A DNA stretch of 64,000 nucleotides from Candidatus Latescibacterota bacterium (GCA_965116885.1 OZ220741.1:5440001-5504000); one strand, 5' to 3'. Counted from the first letter of the stretch, positions 50,821 to 62,830 are shown. A program made the numbers and translations. The notes: generated by a model not told the origin, from the letters alone.

Positions 50821-51790
50821 CCACCTGTTCCGCGACAAATTGCCAGAACAGCGCATTGCAAAAATCGAACCGCTCTCCGAAACCCGGGCGCACGCAGTCT
50901 GGAAAGTCACGACTGACCGCTCGGTATTTGCTGTAAAACACCACCTCTTTGCATCGCTCACCCGCGGCAAACCATACCACTTACTCTCCGTTGAACAAAA
51001 AGTCACAAACCATCTCCTCGCCAATGGTGTCTCTGTCCCCCGCATAATCGCAACCGACCACGACATGGTCATCTACGAATGGTGCGGCAATCACACCCTC
51101 GACGACATCTGCCAGACCACTGACCCCAGACCATTCGCACCCACTGTCATCAACACCCTTTGCGCCCTTGAAAAAGCGTTTTACAAACGCAGCGCCAAAT
51201 TCATCCCGCACATTGCGCCCGGATGTAGCGCAGATGACCTGCGAGAACAGTGGCATAGCACCACCCAATCACTCACAGAAACGCTTCCATCACTCGTACG
51301 CGATCCAAATGCCCCAGATCTGCTATCGACCTGGGAAACCCTCGTAAATGAACTCATCCACGCACCGCCAGCACTCGGTCCCACCGACTACAACGCCCGC
51401 AACATCGCGTGTCCAAATCCAGAAACGGCAACCGTTCTCGAACTCGCCAAAATTGGCTATGACTGGCCCGAACGCCGCCTGATACAATACACGACATCGC
51501 TCGGCGCGCACAAGCCCCACGGCCGCATCATTGGCCTTCTCACACCAGCACTTGCGCGGCACTACGCCCATTTTGCATCAAAATTGTATTCGACTCCAAC
51601 CGAAACCATCCTCCTGCGTCTCGATGCACACCACCTCATCTATCACCTGTTCGCAGCCCATATATGCCTGACAACGCCACACTGGCAAAATATCAAAACC
51701 CGCATCGCACAACACCAAAGCCAGATATCCCAGCCCTTATCCGAACATCCCCTGACAAACAAATTCCGCACGTATTTTGAAAAAAAATAA
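50804..51790 (+). CDS. Phosphotransferase (APH/kinase-like) protein
   Basis: FAVK, VPRII, PTDYNARNI catalytic-loop-like motif; degenerate DFG. Confidence 0.6.
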   Translation: MTENINHLFRDKLPEQRIAKIEPLSETRAHAVWKVTTDRSVFAVKHHLFASLTRGKPYHLLSVEQKVTNHLLANGVSVPRIIATDHDMVIYEWCGNHTLDDICQTTDPRPFAPTVINTLCALEKAFYKRSAKFIPHIAPGCSADDLREQWHSTTQSLTETLPSLVRDPNAPDLLSTWETLVNELIHAPPALGPTDYNARNIACPNPETATVLELAKIGYDWPERRLIQYTTSLGAHKPHGRIIGLLTPALARHYAHFASKLYSTPTETILLRLDAHHLIYHLFAAHICLTTPHWQNIKTRIAQHQSQISQPLSEHPLTNKFRTYFEKK

Positions 51791-51818
51791 AGGCGATCCC
51801 ATTTCCTGGATCGCCTTT
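51789..51818. terminator. Hairpin between convergent genes
   Basis: AAAGGCGATCC-N8-GGATCGCCTTT, preceded by an A-run. Confidence 0.7.
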
Positions 51819-51844
51819 CCTATCCATCACACAATGCCCTGCCC

Positions 51845-54800
51845 CTACGCGATATTTACCACCCGCTCAAAAATCGCCCGCGTCTGTGCCATATCATTCT
51901 TCAAAACATCTTCAAACACCTCAGCCGTATCAAACCCCATAGCCCGGGCTACTGCTGTCAACGCGCGGTCTTCGGTGGGCAAATGGGTGCGTGCCTGCTC
52001 ATCCTGGCGCCTGATCACTTTTTCTACAGTACGCAAAAAAACAAATGCTTGCTGAAGCCGTTGTGCATCTTCTGCCTCTAAAAACCCGCCTTCTACCAAT
52101 CTTCTCAGCGCCTCAAGCGTATTGGCACTGCGCAACTCCGGATGATCTTTGGCGAACTTCAACTGCAAAATTTGTGCAACAAACTCAATATCTACAATCC
52201 CCCCCGCATCTGTTTTGATACTCAACACCTTACGAGATCTTTGCCCATCCTTGCGCTCCATCTTCTTGCGAATATCCAACATTGTAGCTACCTCTTCATC
52301 CGAAAACCCGCTACCCACGACAAAAGGCTCAAACAAATTCAGCAACTTTTCTCCCAGAGCCGCATCGCCAGCGACGACCCGGCTGCGAGACAATGCCATG
52401 CGCTCCCACGTTGACGCGCGCGTCTCCAAATAGCGACTATAAGATTCCAGAGACAGTGCCAAAAGCCCGCTTGCCCCCTCGGGACGCAACCTCGGATCCA
52501 CTGGATAGAGCTTTCCCTGTGGCGTATTCTGTTCCAGCATCGCGATCATCTGCTGCGCCAGATCGATGAAAAATTGCAAATTCCCCTGCGGCCTTGCGCC
52601 ATCTGTTTCGCCATCTTCACCATATACAAATACGATATCCAGATCCGAACCAAAACTCAATTCGCCCCCCCCCATCTTGCCCAGGCCCAGCACCACAAAC
52701 CCGACCTCCTCACCGCTGCGATTGCGCGGCACCCCGCGTTTTTCCACCAACCGCGCATAAACCACCTCATAAACCGCCTGCACAACCGCATCGACCAACA
52801 TCGTCAACGCCTCAAATGTTTCAAACGTATCGGTCAAGCCCACGAGATCGCGCGTACCAAAACGCAACAATTCCCGATTTTTTACAGCATTTATTCCCCC
52901 CACCAATTCGGGTGTATCGCCATACCGCTCAACCTGTGCGCGAAACTGTTCTCGCAAAGCATCCATACCCGGACTGAGATGCAGCACTTCTGCCTCTGGA
53001 TCCAGATACAAAACCTCTGGACGAACCAGCCAATCGAGCAATCCGGGGTTGCGCCTTATCACCTGCACCAGAAATTGGCTGCCAACACACAAGGACAGCA
53101 TCAGTTGGCGAAATCCCTGATTGGATGCCAAAATTCGGAAAAACATATCGCCTGCACCATAAGCAGACACCAGACTCTCCAGATTGCTCAACCCCTGATC
53201 CGGATCGGCGGACTCCTGAAGTGCTTGCATCAATGCCGGTGCCAGTTCTGTAAAGCTCTCACGCGCTCGTGTACCCCGAATCCGCGGCACATGTCCAAAA
53301 GCCAGATAAATGAGATTGCGATGCGCCTCGCCCGGACGATCAAACCCGATCTCTTCCAACAACCCGCTGGCCTCTGCATCGCCTATTTCCATATTTACCA
53401 GCGCGCCTATAGAACGACCCTCGCTTTCTCGCGCCTCCGCAAAGACCTGGGCATACACCTCCTGCACAGCCTTCAAATGGACATCCAGTATTTTGCGATA
53501 CGCCTCAGCAGATCCCATATCCATCGTGCGCGCCAATACACCCTGTTCATCCTCCCCTTCGGGCAGCGAATAATCACTGCGATTGTGCATCATCTGCAAT
53601 CGGTGTTCCAAACGCCTGAAAAATACATAAGCATCCCTGAGCTGATCGGCTTCCTTACCCGACAGCGCAGACACCCGTTGCAACTGCCGAATAGCCTCAA
53701 GCGTATTGTCCGATCGCGCATTCTCGTGTATGCGCCCCACCAGCAATTGCAAACACTGCACAATAAATTCGATATCCCGAATGCCACCCGATCGCAACTT
53801 CAAATGCGTTTCGCGCTGCCCCTTGCTTCCAATCTGATCTTCTATACGCGCCTTAATGCGGTTGATCTCCGTTGCCGGACTGGTGTCAAAATAGCGCGGA
53901 TAAACAAAGGGTTGTACCATCTTCAAAAATCGCTGCCCCAGAGCTTCAGATCCCGCACAACAACGAGCCTTGATCAGCATTTGCCGCTCCCACAACTCGC
54001 CCCGCCGCATATAGTAGCCCTCATATCCGGCAAGAGGCATCACGAGCGCGCCAGCCGCGCCATCGGGGCGCAGGCGCATATCCATACGATACAAAAACCC
54101 CTCTGGCGTCACTTCTGTTGCCGCACGCACAATTTGCTCACACAATCGGGAGAAAAACTCCTGATTGGTCACAGAACGTTCACCATCCGTATTGCCCTCG
54201 GCACTATAGACAAACATCAAATCGATATCCGAACTAAAATTGAGCTCCATACCGCCCAACTTACCCAGCCCAAAAATCGCAAAATCCACGGGCTGTCCCT
54301 CGCCATTTCGCGGCATGCCATAACGCGCTTGCAGGTCGGGCAACAAAATATCAATCAGCTTTTGCAAACACACATCTGCCAAAACCGACAAATCAGCCGC
54401 AACATATTGAATAGCGCGCCCACCGGCCAGATCGCCCACGCCAATACGCAACAACTCGCGTCGCGAACTTCGCCGAATAGCATTGAGCTTGTCATCGCGC
54501 GTATCCACAGCCTCGACAGCCCCACCAAAAGACGCCAGCAATTGCTCTTTATCACACGATTGCTCGAAGTGATCGGAGGCATCTGACAACCAGTCAAAAA
54601 TATCGGGGTCGCGCACCAGCATATCAGCCATAAAAGGGCTACCGCCCAAAACGCACAACAACATGCGACACAACTCGGGATGCGCTTTGAGCGTGTGCAA
54701 AAACGATGCGCGATCAGCCTGCACAATGCGCAAAAAATTATTCAGCGCCATATCGGGGTCGGGCGCATCAATTAACGCCTGAAAAAAATCATCGGGAAGT

Positions 54801-54922
54801 TGGCCCCCAGCCTCTGAGCCAGCTAATTCTTCGAGATTGTGCAACGCGCGTTCAACATCCCGAAATCCCGCCTGTACAAGCGCGCCTTTCGCGTCAGATG
54901 TGTTAAAATCAAAAAAATTCAT
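51845..54922 (-). CDS. glnE: Glutamine synthetase adenylyltransferase/deadenylase
   Basis: Two NT domains: GKLGGMELNFSSDIDL..RLRPDG and GKMGGGELSFGSDLD..RLRPEG; GGIRDIEF. Confidence 0.96.
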   Translation of the reverse strand: MNFFDFNTSDAKGALVQAGFRDVERALHNLEELAGSEAGGQLPDDFFQALIDAPDPDMALNNFLRIVQADRASFLHTLKAHPELCRMLLCVLGGSPFMADMLVRDPDIFDWLSDASDHFEQSCDKEQLLASFGGAVEAVDTRDDKLNAIRRSSRRELLRIGVGDLAGGRAIQYVAADLSVLADVCLQKLIDILLPDLQARYGMPRNGEGQPVDFAIFGLGKLGGMELNFSSDIDLMFVYSAEGNTDGERSVTNQEFFSRLCEQIVRAATEVTPEGFLYRMDMRLRPDGAAGALVMPLAGYEGYYMRRGELWERQMLIKARCCAGSEALGQRFLKMVQPFVYPRYFDTSPATEINRIKARIEDQIGSKGQRETHLKLRSGGIRDIEFIVQCLQLLVGRIHENARSDNTLEAIRQLQRVSALSGKEADQLRDAYVFFRRLEHRLQMMHNRSDYSLPEGEDEQGVLARTMDMGSAEAYRKILDVHLKAVQEVYAQVFAEARESEGRSIGALVNMEIGDAEASGLLEEIGFDRPGEAHRNLIYLAFGHVPRIRGTRARESFTELAPALMQALQESADPDQGLSNLESLVSAYGAGDMFFRILASNQGFRQLMLSLCVGSQFLVQVIRRNPGLLDWLVRPEVLYLDPEAEVLHLSPGMDALREQFRAQVERYGDTPELVGGINAVKNRELLRFGTRDLVGLTDTFETFEALTMLVDAVVQAVYEVVYARLVEKRGVPRNRSGEEVGFVVLGLGKMGGGELSFGSDLDIVFVYGEDGETDGARPQGNLQFFIDLAQQMIAMLEQNTPQGKLYPVDPRLRPEGASGLLALSLESYSRYLETRASTWERMALSRSRVVAGDAALGEKLLNLFEPFVVGSGFSDEEVATMLDIRKKMERKDGQRSRKVLSIKTDAGGIVDIEFVAQILQLKFAKDHPELRSANTLEALRRLVEGGFLEAEDAQRLQQAFVFLRTVEKVIRRQDEQARTHLPTEDRALTAVARAMGFDTAEVFEDVLKNDMAQTRAIFERVVNIA

Positions 54923-54941
54923 GTTGGATATCCAATACGAC

Positions 54942-54965
54942 GGGCGAAAGATCTTTCGCCCCTAC
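54942..54965 (-). repeat. GTAG-type REP palindrome, adjacent to ATCTGCG repeats (54969-54995)
   Basis: Minus strand GTAGGGGCGAAAGATCTTTCGCCC. Confidence 0.65.
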
Positions 54966-55002
54966 AATCATCTGCGTTCATCTGCGTCATCTGCGGATCA
55001 CT

Positions 55003-55789
<787 letters not shown>

Positions 55790-55796
55790 GCGAACT

Positions 55797-56366
55797 ATGA
55801 CTATTCGGGCCATCATCTTCGACATGGACGGTACACTCACAGAATCTTATATCAACTGGCCAGATCTGCGTTCAAAAATCAATTGTCCGCCCGAAAAAAC
55901 CATCATCGAACACATCGACAACTTACCCACAAAACAACGCAAACAGGCCACTGATATCCTTCTCCAAAAAGAATGGGAAGCAGCACAGCACGCCGCCATT
56001 CGCGCTGGCGCAGCAGAACTCATTGACGCACTGCGAGCGCGCAAGTACAAACTCGGCCTGGTCACCAACAACCACGGCGGCGCCATGCACTGCGTAATCA
56101 ACCGACTCAATCGCGCCTTTGACATCGCCCTCAGCCGAGACGACGGTCCCATAAAACCCAGCCCCTACCTCATCCACAAAACGCTCCAGGCCCTCGACAC
56201 TTCCCCAAACGAAGCCATAAGCATCGGCGATAGCCGTTACGATCTCATGGCCTCTGCCGCCGCCCACGTGCGCTGTATTCACTTCACCGATGGCGCATCC
56301 GACCTCACGCACGATCTCCAGGTCGCGTCACTACCTGCGATCATACCGCTCCTGGACCGGCTTTAG
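55797..56366 (+). CDS. HAD-superfamily hydrolase
   Basis: FDMDGTL, VTNN, KPSP and IGDS. Confidence 0.9.
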   Translation: MTIRAIIFDMDGTLTESYINWPDLRSKINCPPEKTIIEHIDNLPTKQRKQATDILLQKEWEAAQHAAIRAGAAELIDALRARKYKLGLVTNNHGGAMHCVINRLNRAFDIALSRDDGPIKPSPYLIHKTLQALDTSPNEAISIGDSRYDLMASAAAHVRCIHFTDGASDLTHDLQVASLPAIIPLLDRL

Positions 56367-57537
56367 CAGAAACTAACTTTTCTGCACACATTCGGATACG
56401 CGCCAACGCCTTTTCGATATTTTCCACAGAATTCGCGTAAGAAAACCGCAAATATCCCTCGCCGTATTCCCCAAAGTCCGACCCTGCCAGACACGCTACG
56501 TGTCCCTCATTCAAAATCACATCCGCAACTTCTGCAGACGACTTGCCCAATCCTTTGATATTTGGAAACGCGTAAAAAGCCCCCTCGGGCATCGGACATG
56601 TAATCCCCTCAATCTCATTCAACCCCTCTACAATAAGCGCACGCCGTTTGCGAAACGCAGCCATCATATCTCCAACCGCATCCTGCGGACCCTTCAACGC
56701 AGCCACAGCCGCCATTTGCGTAAACGCAGCCGTACACGAATTGCTATTGACCATCAGCCGGTCAAAATGCGGCACGAGATCCATCGGCATTACCCCATAA
56801 CCAATGCGCCAACCCGTCATCGCATACGTCTTGGAAAACCCATCGAGAATAATCAACAAATCGGCAATCCCCTCACACGCCGAAATACTGTGAAACGCAT
56901 CGCCATAGACCATCCGGGAATAAATCTCATCGGACAACACGGGAATCTGGTGCTCGACCGCCACCTCGGCAATCGCCTGCAAATCGCCTTCGGGAATTAT
57001 GCCTCCCGTGGGATTTTGCGGTGAATTTAGAATAATCAGCTTTGTGCGTTCCGTCACCAGATCGCGCAACTGATCCGCATTCAGGCTAAACCCGCGATCC
57101 TCCGTCAAAGGCACAGGCACGGGTTGCGCACCCGCAAAGCGAATCACCGACTCGTAAATCGGAAAACCCGGATTCGGATAAATCACCTCATCATCCTGCT
57201 CTGCCAATGCGAGAATAGAATAAAACATAATTGGCTTGGCACCGGGTGTCACCACCACCTGATCGGGGTGCACGTCAATCTGCCGCGTTGTCGAAATCTC
57301 TTCGGCTATTGCTTCCCGTAACTCGGGCAATCCCACGGGCGGACCGTAATGCGTAAATCCATCGGACAGCGCTCTTTGCCCCGCCTCGACAATATGCGCG
57401 GGCGTATCAAAATCCGGCTCGCCAATCTCCAGATGCACCACATCGTGCCCCATCGCCTCCAGCGCGCGCGCCTTTACCAGCACCTCAAAAGCCGATTCCG
57501 TACCCAACAGCGACATGCGATTTGCAATATTCATCAT
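56341..57537 (-). CDS. Class I/II PLP aminotransferase (aspartate aminotransferase-like)
   Basis: IGEPDF, NSPQNPTG, SDEIY and GFSKTYAMTGWRIG. Confidence 0.93.
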   Translation of the reverse strand: MMNIANRMSLLGTESAFEVLVKARALEAMGHDVVHLEIGEPDFDTPAHIVEAGQRALSDGFTHYGPPVGLPELREAIAEEISTTRQIDVHPDQVVVTPGAKPIMFYSILALAEQDDEVIYPNPGFPIYESVIRFAGAQPVPVPLTEDRGFSLNADQLRDLVTERTKLIILNSPQNPTGGIIPEGDLQAIAEVAVEHQIPVLSDEIYSRMVYGDAFHSISACEGIADLLIILDGFSKTYAMTGWRIGYGVMPMDLVPHFDRLMVNSNSCTAAFTQMAAVAALKGPQDAVGDMMAAFRKRRALIVEGLNEIEGITCPMPEGAFYAFPNIKGLGKSSAEVADVILNEGHVACLAGSDFGEYGEGYLRFSYANSVENIEKALARIRMCAEKLVSAKAGPGAV

Positions 57538-57550
57538 CTCACCTCACGCC

Positions 57551-58114
57551 TTACTTGATAACAATTGCGTGTGCAACTTCGGGACCGTGAACCCCCAGCG
57601 TCAACCGCATCTCAATATCTGCGGTTCGGCTCGGTCCAGAAATAAAAGTCGCCGTTGCATTTTCGGGATGATCCAGATAAAACTGGCGCAACGGCTCAGC
57701 CGCATCCCTCAAATTTGCCAGCAGTGTACTCGCCCTAAAAATACCGATATGTACGCGGGGCAATGTCGAAACAAGACGCACGGCATCATCCAGAGCAAAC
57801 TCGACGAGACTACCCGACTCAGCCACCGCAAAAACCGCCCAGGACACCCCCGCCTCGGCAGCATCAATCGCGTGGGGCAATTCGGAACTGTCAAAAGGCG
57901 GCACGCGCACATCAATCCCCGCATCCACACACGCGCGTTCAACAGCATCGTCTAACCCATCGGGCAACTCGGCAAACACAACCCGCTCACACCCCACCTT
58001 CCTGAGCACACTCACCACAATGGGCGCAACCGCATCAGCATCCTCAGCCACATGCGCGACACCGGATAAAGACGCGTACTTTTTCACAAAAGCATCGATC
58101 AATTCATCACTCAT
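57551..58114 (-). CDS. LutC/YkgG (LUD domain) protein
   Basis: AESGS, STLPRVH and ISGPSRTADIEMRLTLGVHGP. Confidence 0.9.
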   Translation of the reverse strand: MSDELIDAFVKKYASLSGVAHVAEDADAVAPIVVSVLRKVGCERVVFAELPDGLDDAVERACVDAGIDVRVPPFDSSELPHAIDAAEAGVSWAVFAVAESGSLVEFALDDAVRLVSTLPRVHIGIFRASTLLANLRDAAEPLRQFYLDHPENATATFISGPSRTADIEMRLTLGVHGPEVAHAIVIK

Positions 58115-58131
58115 AATCCACCTGATCAATT

Positions 58132-58159
58132 GAGAATTAAAAATTAAAAATTAAAAATT
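58132..58159. repeat. Heptamer tandem repeat (AAAAATT-like) x4
   Basis: gagaatt aaaaatt aaaaatt aaaaatt. Confidence 0.7.
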
Positions 58160-58383
58160 ATCCCCGCCCCCCAATTCGCGTTTTAATTTTCATTCAGGGG
58201 ACATTCATTGCAACGCTTTAATTTGCCATCGAAGTATCAAAGAACATTCAAATTAATGTGAAATACCTTTCCACGCAAGTACACATACAGAGTACACCAC
58301 TACTTTACCCTTTACCCTTTGAACTCTCCACTTTATCTTTACTCCATTCCGCACTTACTATCCATTGTTCACTGGAAACTACC

Positions 58384-59382
58384 ATGCACTCTCCAATACG
58401 CATCGCACAAATCGGCCTCGGGCCACTCGGCCAGATGCTCACCCCTTATCTGGCAAAACGATCGGGCATTGAAATCGTCAGCGCCGTTGACATTGACCCA
58501 TCCAAAACAAATCGCGACCTGGGCGACGTGAGCCAATGCGACCAACCCCTCGGCATAGCCATCACCGACGATCTCGACAGGGGCTTGGCCGACGCAGACC
58601 TCGCCGTAGTGACAACCGTATCAGAACTCCAACGCATCGCCCCCACATTAAAAGCAATTATCGACCGGGGCGTCAACATCGTCTCAACCTGCGAAGAACT
58701 GTCTTATCCCTGGACAACACACCCCGAATTATCCGCAACCATCGACACCTGGGCAAAAGAACGCGACGTCTCAGTCCTCGGAACCGGCATCAACCCCGGC
58801 TTCCTCATGGACTTCTTGCCCACAGCGGCCACGGGCGTGTGTCACACCGTGCAATCCATACGCATAGAACGCATCCAGGACGCCTCTGCGCGCCGCCTCC
58901 CCTTTCAGCAAAAAATAGGAGCGGGACTCACCGTTGAAGAATTTCAAAACCTCGTCGCCCAACAAAAAATCCGACACGTCGGCCTCACCGAATCCATGCA
59001 CATGATCGCGGCGCGATTGGGATGGCAACTCGACCACACCGAAGACATCGTAGAACCCGTCCTCGCAAAACCGGGACATTGTGCAGGCGTACTACAAACG
59101 GGACGGGGATACCATAACGGACGGGAAGTCCTCACCCTCATCTTCAAAGCAGCCGTCGGACAACTGATACACAACGGCGACTCAATCGAATCTCAGGAGC
59201 GCATCCAGATCAAGGGCACGCCCGCTTACGACCTCATCATACCCGGCGGCATCAACGGCGACATCGCCACCTGTGCGGTCATCGCCAATGCCATCCCAAT
59301 AGTCGCATCTGCCGCCCCCGGACTGCGCACCATGATCGACATCCCCCCGCTCTCCTGTGCCCAGGAAATCCCCGAGGGATAA
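58384..59382 (+). CDS. 2,4-diaminopentanoate dehydrogenase / DapB-like NAD(P) oxidoreductase
   Basis: GLGPLG, STCEELSYP, GTGINPGF, RHVGLTES and GDIATCA. Confidence 0.8.
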   Translation: MHSPIRIAQIGLGPLGQMLTPYLAKRSGIEIVSAVDIDPSKTNRDLGDVSQCDQPLGIAITDDLDRGLADADLAVVTTVSELQRIAPTLKAIIDRGVNIVSTCEELSYPWTTHPELSATIDTWAKERDVSVLGTGINPGFLMDFLPTAATGVCHTVQSIRIERIQDASARRLPFQQKIGAGLTVEEFQNLVAQQKIRHVGLTESMHMIAARLGWQLDHTEDIVEPVLAKPGHCAGVLQTGRGYHNGREVLTLIFKAAVGQLIHNGDSIESQERIQIKGTPAYDLIIPGGINGDIATCAVIANAIPIVASAAPGLRTMIDIPPLSCAQEIPEG

Positions 59383-61263
59383 ATGCCACCTCTTCTAAGC
59401 GATTTCGACCTGCACCTGCACAGCGAAGGCAATCACCACCACATCTACGATTGCCTCGGCGCACACCCCACAGAAAAAGGCGTACATTTTGCCGTGTGGG
59501 CGCCCAATGCTCAGCGCGTAAGCGTGGTTGGCGACTTCAACGCCTGGAATAGATGCCAGCACCCCATGCAAAACAGAGGCAGCACAGGTGTATGGGAACT
59601 ATTTATCCCCCACCTGACGCCCGGCACCCTCTACAAATACGAAATCAAAACCCAAAACGGCGATATCTTCACCAAAAGCGACCCCTATGCCTTCTGTATG
59701 GAACACCGCCCGCGCACAGCCTCTGTCGTGTACCAGCCCAACGACGCCCTGTGGTCCGATGCCGAATGGCTGCAAACCCGCCAGCAAAGAGACCCATACA
59801 CAGACCCAATCGCCATATACGAAGTACACCCCGGCTCATGGCGGCGCAACCCACAAGAAAACAACCGACCACTCACCTATCGCGAACTCGCGCATGAACT
59901 CGTCGAATACGTCCTCGAAATGGGCTACACCCACATCGAACTCCTCCCCATCATGGAACACCCCTTAGACGAATCCTGGGGATATCAGGTCACGGGCTAT
60001 TACGCGCCAACCAGCCGTTTTGGCACGCCAGACGATTTCAAATACCTCGTCAACCATTGCCACACCCACGGCATAGGCGTCATCCTCGATTGGGTACCCG
60101 CACACTTCCCAACAGACGCACATGGGCTCGCACAATTTGACGGATCTGCCCTGTACGAACACGCCGACCCCCGGCAGGGCACACACCCCGATTGGGGCAC
60201 CTTAATTTTCAATTACGGACGCAATGAAGTGCGCAACTTTCTCATCGCCAATGCCCTCTTCTGGATCGAAAAATATCACATCGACGGATTGCGCGTCGAT
60301 GCCGTTGCCTCCATGCTCTACCTCGACTATTCCCGCAAAGAAGGCGAATGGATCCCCAACCAATATGGCGGCAGGGAAAATTTAGACGCCATCGCCTTTA
60401 TGCACCAGCTCAACACCTTGATCCACGAAAAGTTCCCGGGCGTCTTGATGATCGCCGAAGAATCCACCTCCTGGCCCGGCGTCTCTCGCCCCGTCTATCT
60501 GGGCGGCCTCGGCTTTGGATTCAAATGGAACATGGGCTGGATGAACGACACCCTATCCTACATCTCCAAAGAACCGATCCACCGCAAATACCACCACGAC
60601 AACCTCACCTTTGGCCTCGTCTATGCCTTCCACGAAAACTTCATCCTCGTACTCTCCCACGACGAAGTCGTTCACGGCAAACGCGCCCTCATCGACAAAA
60701 TGCCCGGCGACCGCTGGCAAAAATTCGCCAATCTGCGCGCCTTTTACGCCTTTCAATACGCCCATCCCGGCAAAAAGTTGCTCTTTATGGGCGGCGAACT
60801 CGGCCAGTGGCAAGAGTGGAACTCACAGGAAAGCGTACACTGGCACCTGCTCGAAGACCCCGACCACGCGGGCCTGAAACGCTTTGTAAGAGACCTCAAC
60901 ACCCTCTACCGGGGAGAACCGGCACTCTACGAACGGGATTTTGAACCCGAAGGCTTTGAATGGATCTCGCTCCACGACGCCTCCAACAGCGTCCTATCCT
61001 TCCTGCGCCGCGCGCGATCACACAATGCCCCTTTAATTTTTGCCTGCAACTTTACCCCCGTCCCAAGAGAAAACTACCGCATTGGCGTACCCACCCCGGG
61101 CACCTACCGCGAACTCATCAACAGCGACGCCGAACGCTATGGCGGCAGCAACATGGGCAACCTCGGCACCGTCCACACCGAACCCATCGCAAGTCACGGA
61201 CATCCACAATCCCTGCAAATCACCCTCCCCCCACTCGCCGCTGTCATGTTCAAACCCGAGTAA
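59383..61263 (+). CDS. glgB: 1,4-alpha-glucan branching enzyme
   Basis: [36 protein letters not shown] and SHDEVVHGK. Confidence 0.96.
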   Translation: MPPLLSDFDLHLHSEGNHHHIYDCLGAHPTEKGVHFAVWAPNAQRVSVVGDFNAWNRCQHPMQNRGSTGVWELFIPHLTPGTLYKYEIKTQNGDIFTKSDPYAFCMEHRPRTASVVYQPNDALWSDAEWLQTRQQRDPYTDPIAIYEVHPGSWRRNPQENNRPLTYRELAHELVEYVLEMGYTHIELLPIMEHPLDESWGYQVTGYYAPTSRFGTPDDFKYLVNHCHTHGIGVILDWVPAHFPTDAHGLAQFDGSALYEHADPRQGTHPDWGTLIFNYGRNEVRNFLIANALFWIEKYHIDGLRVDAVASMLYLDYSRKEGEWIPNQYGGRENLDAIAFMHQLNTLIHEKFPGVLMIAEESTSWPGVSRPVYLGGLGFGFKWNMGWMNDTLSYISKEPIHRKYHHDNLTFGLVYAFHENFILVLSHDEVVHGKRALIDKMPGDRWQKFANLRAFYAFQYAHPGKKLLFMGGELGQWQEWNSQESVHWHLLEDPDHAGLKRFVRDLNTLYRGEPALYERDFEPEGFEWISLHDASNSVLSFLRRARSHNAPLIFACNFTPVPRENYRIGVPTPGTYRELINSDAERYGGSNMGNLGTVHTEPIASHGHPQSLQITLPPLAAVMFKPE

Positions 61264-61300
61264 AATGCAAAAACTGGGTATCAAGCGTCCCTGATTACCG

Positions 61301-61330
61301 TCCGTATATGGATTATAGTCCATATACGGA
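61301..61330. promoter_or_regulatory. Perfect inverted repeat built from CCATATACGG boxes (third box at about 61390-61401)
   Basis: TCCGTATATGGA-ttatag-TCCATATACGGA; ACCATATACGGT. Confidence 0.55.
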
Positions 61331-61500
61331 TGTTTATATATAACTATTTATTAATCAATAACATAAGAGCCAGTCTGAATTTTTTTGAACCATATACGGT
61401 TCAAAGGACATAAAATTCGGGCTGGTTTTTTTGTTGGCATATAAATTTTATCTCAAATAAAAATAATATCTTATGAGTATTTATTTGGATTCTGTTCACG

Positions 61501-61517
61501 TTGGCACGCTTTTTGCA
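61501..61517 (+). promoter_or_regulatory. sigma54 promoter
   Basis: TTGGCAC-GCTTT-TTGCA. Confidence 0.85.
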
Positions 61518-61534
61518 TTATATCCAAACATTTA

Positions 61535-61972
61535 ATGCCATACATACGTGAGGTGGCGGACAGTGCTGAAGATGAGATTTATGCCTACGGCGGCCTGGGC
61601 ACCACCAGTGAGCAGGACATCCAGGACTTTTCAATGAAAATCAGAGGCTCGACGGGAACCCTGAAAATTTGCGTACGTGACCACGAATGCGAAGATGGCG
61701 ATAGGATCAGGGTTGAGGTCAATGGCAGGAGCATATTTTCCGGAGAAATTGACAACGACTGGGACTGCTACACGCTGGATGTGTGGTCAGGAGAGAGCTA
61801 TGCAGTGGAATTGACAGCCCTCAACGGCACGGGATACAAGGGAGACTGTAGCTACCGAGACGAAAACACGGGTGAGATCCGCGTTACTGGGGAGAACACA
61901 GAGACGCAGGTATGGCGTCATCGTGGAGGAGCCGGATCGAAAGCGCGGATCATCGTGGAAACAGCGAGGTGA
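61535..61972 (+). CDS. Hypothetical beta-rich, Cys-containing protein
   Basis: Open 145-aa frame directly after the sigma54 site; CVRDHECEDGDRIRV and LTALNG. Confidence 0.6.
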   Translation: MPYIREVADSAEDEIYAYGGLGTTSEQDIQDFSMKIRGSTGTLKICVRDHECEDGDRIRVEVNGRSIFSGEIDNDWDCYTLDVWSGESYAVELTALNGTGYKGDCSYRDENTGEIRVTGENTETQVWRHRGGAGSKARIIVETAR

Positions 61973-62014
61973 GATCCAAATGTCGTTCAAAATATTAATG
62001 AAAGGAGAGCCAAG

Positions 62015-62830
62015 ATGTATCGTCACTGTATTTGTGCAGGTGTATTAATTCTTCTGAGCCTTCCCCTATGGTCACAACAGAACACCGGGGATAGTGTGCC
62101 TTCACCTGGGGAGACATTTCAAGACTGTGCTGAATGTCCAAAGATGGTTGTTGTGCCATCGGGAAGGTTCACGATGGGGTCACCCAAGCGTGAGGGGGGT
62201 GATGATGATGAAAAACCGATGCGCAGGGTGCGTATAGATTACCGGTTTGCGGTGGGTGTATATGAGGTGACCTTTGACGAATGGTATGCCTGTGCGGATG
62301 CAGGAGGTTGTGGAAGCTATGTGCCGGATGATGAGGGCTGGGGCCGCGGGAATCGTCCGGTGGTGAATGTGAGTTGGAAAGATGCCCAGTCTTATTTGCG
62401 TTGGCTGTCTGCCCGGACGGGTAAAACGTATCGTTTATTGAGTGAAGCGGAATGGGAGTATGTGGCACGCGCAGGCACAGAGACAGCGTATAGCTGGGGT
62501 GACAGCGTAGGTGTCAACCGCGCCAATTGCGATGGTTGCGGCAGTCAGTGGGATGATAAGATGACAGCACCAGTGGGATCTTTCGCGGCCAATGCTTGGG
62601 GCGTGTACGATATGCACGGGAATGTAGGGGAATGGGGGCAGGATCATTGGAATGAGAATTACAGGGGCGCACCTTTAGACGGTTCTGCGAGGGAGCCTGA
62701 GGATACCCTTTATCGCGTATTACGTGGTGGTTCGTGGCTCGACAGACCGGGGGACTTGCGTTCGGCGAATCGCGACAAGGGCTTCATCCGGTCCTCCCGC
62801 CGCGGTTTTCGAGTTGCCCGGTCTTTTTAA
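62015..62830 (+). CDS. Secreted FGE/SUMF1-domain (C-type lectin fold) protein
   Basis: Signal peptide; DCAECPKMVVVPSG.F.MGS, EVTF, RLLSEAEWEY, DMHGNV.EW and RGGSW..GFRVAR. Confidence 0.92.
   Translation: MYRHCICAGVLILLSLPLWSQQNTGDSVPSPGETFQDCAECPKMVVVPSGRFTMGSPKREGGDDDEKPMRRVRIDYRFAVGVYEVTFDEWYACADAGGCGSYVPDDEGWGRGNRPVVNVSWKDAQSYLRWLSARTGKTYRLLSEAEWEYVARAGTETAYSWGDSVGVNRANCDGCGSQWDDKMTAPVGSFAANAWGVYDMHGNVGEWGQDHWNENYRGAPLDGSAREPEDTLYRVLRGGSWLDRPGDLRSANRDKGFIRSSRRGFRVARSF

Noticed and set aside
52574..54586. 670-aa plus-strand ORF
   Set aside because: Antisense shadow of glnE; no recognisable motifs.
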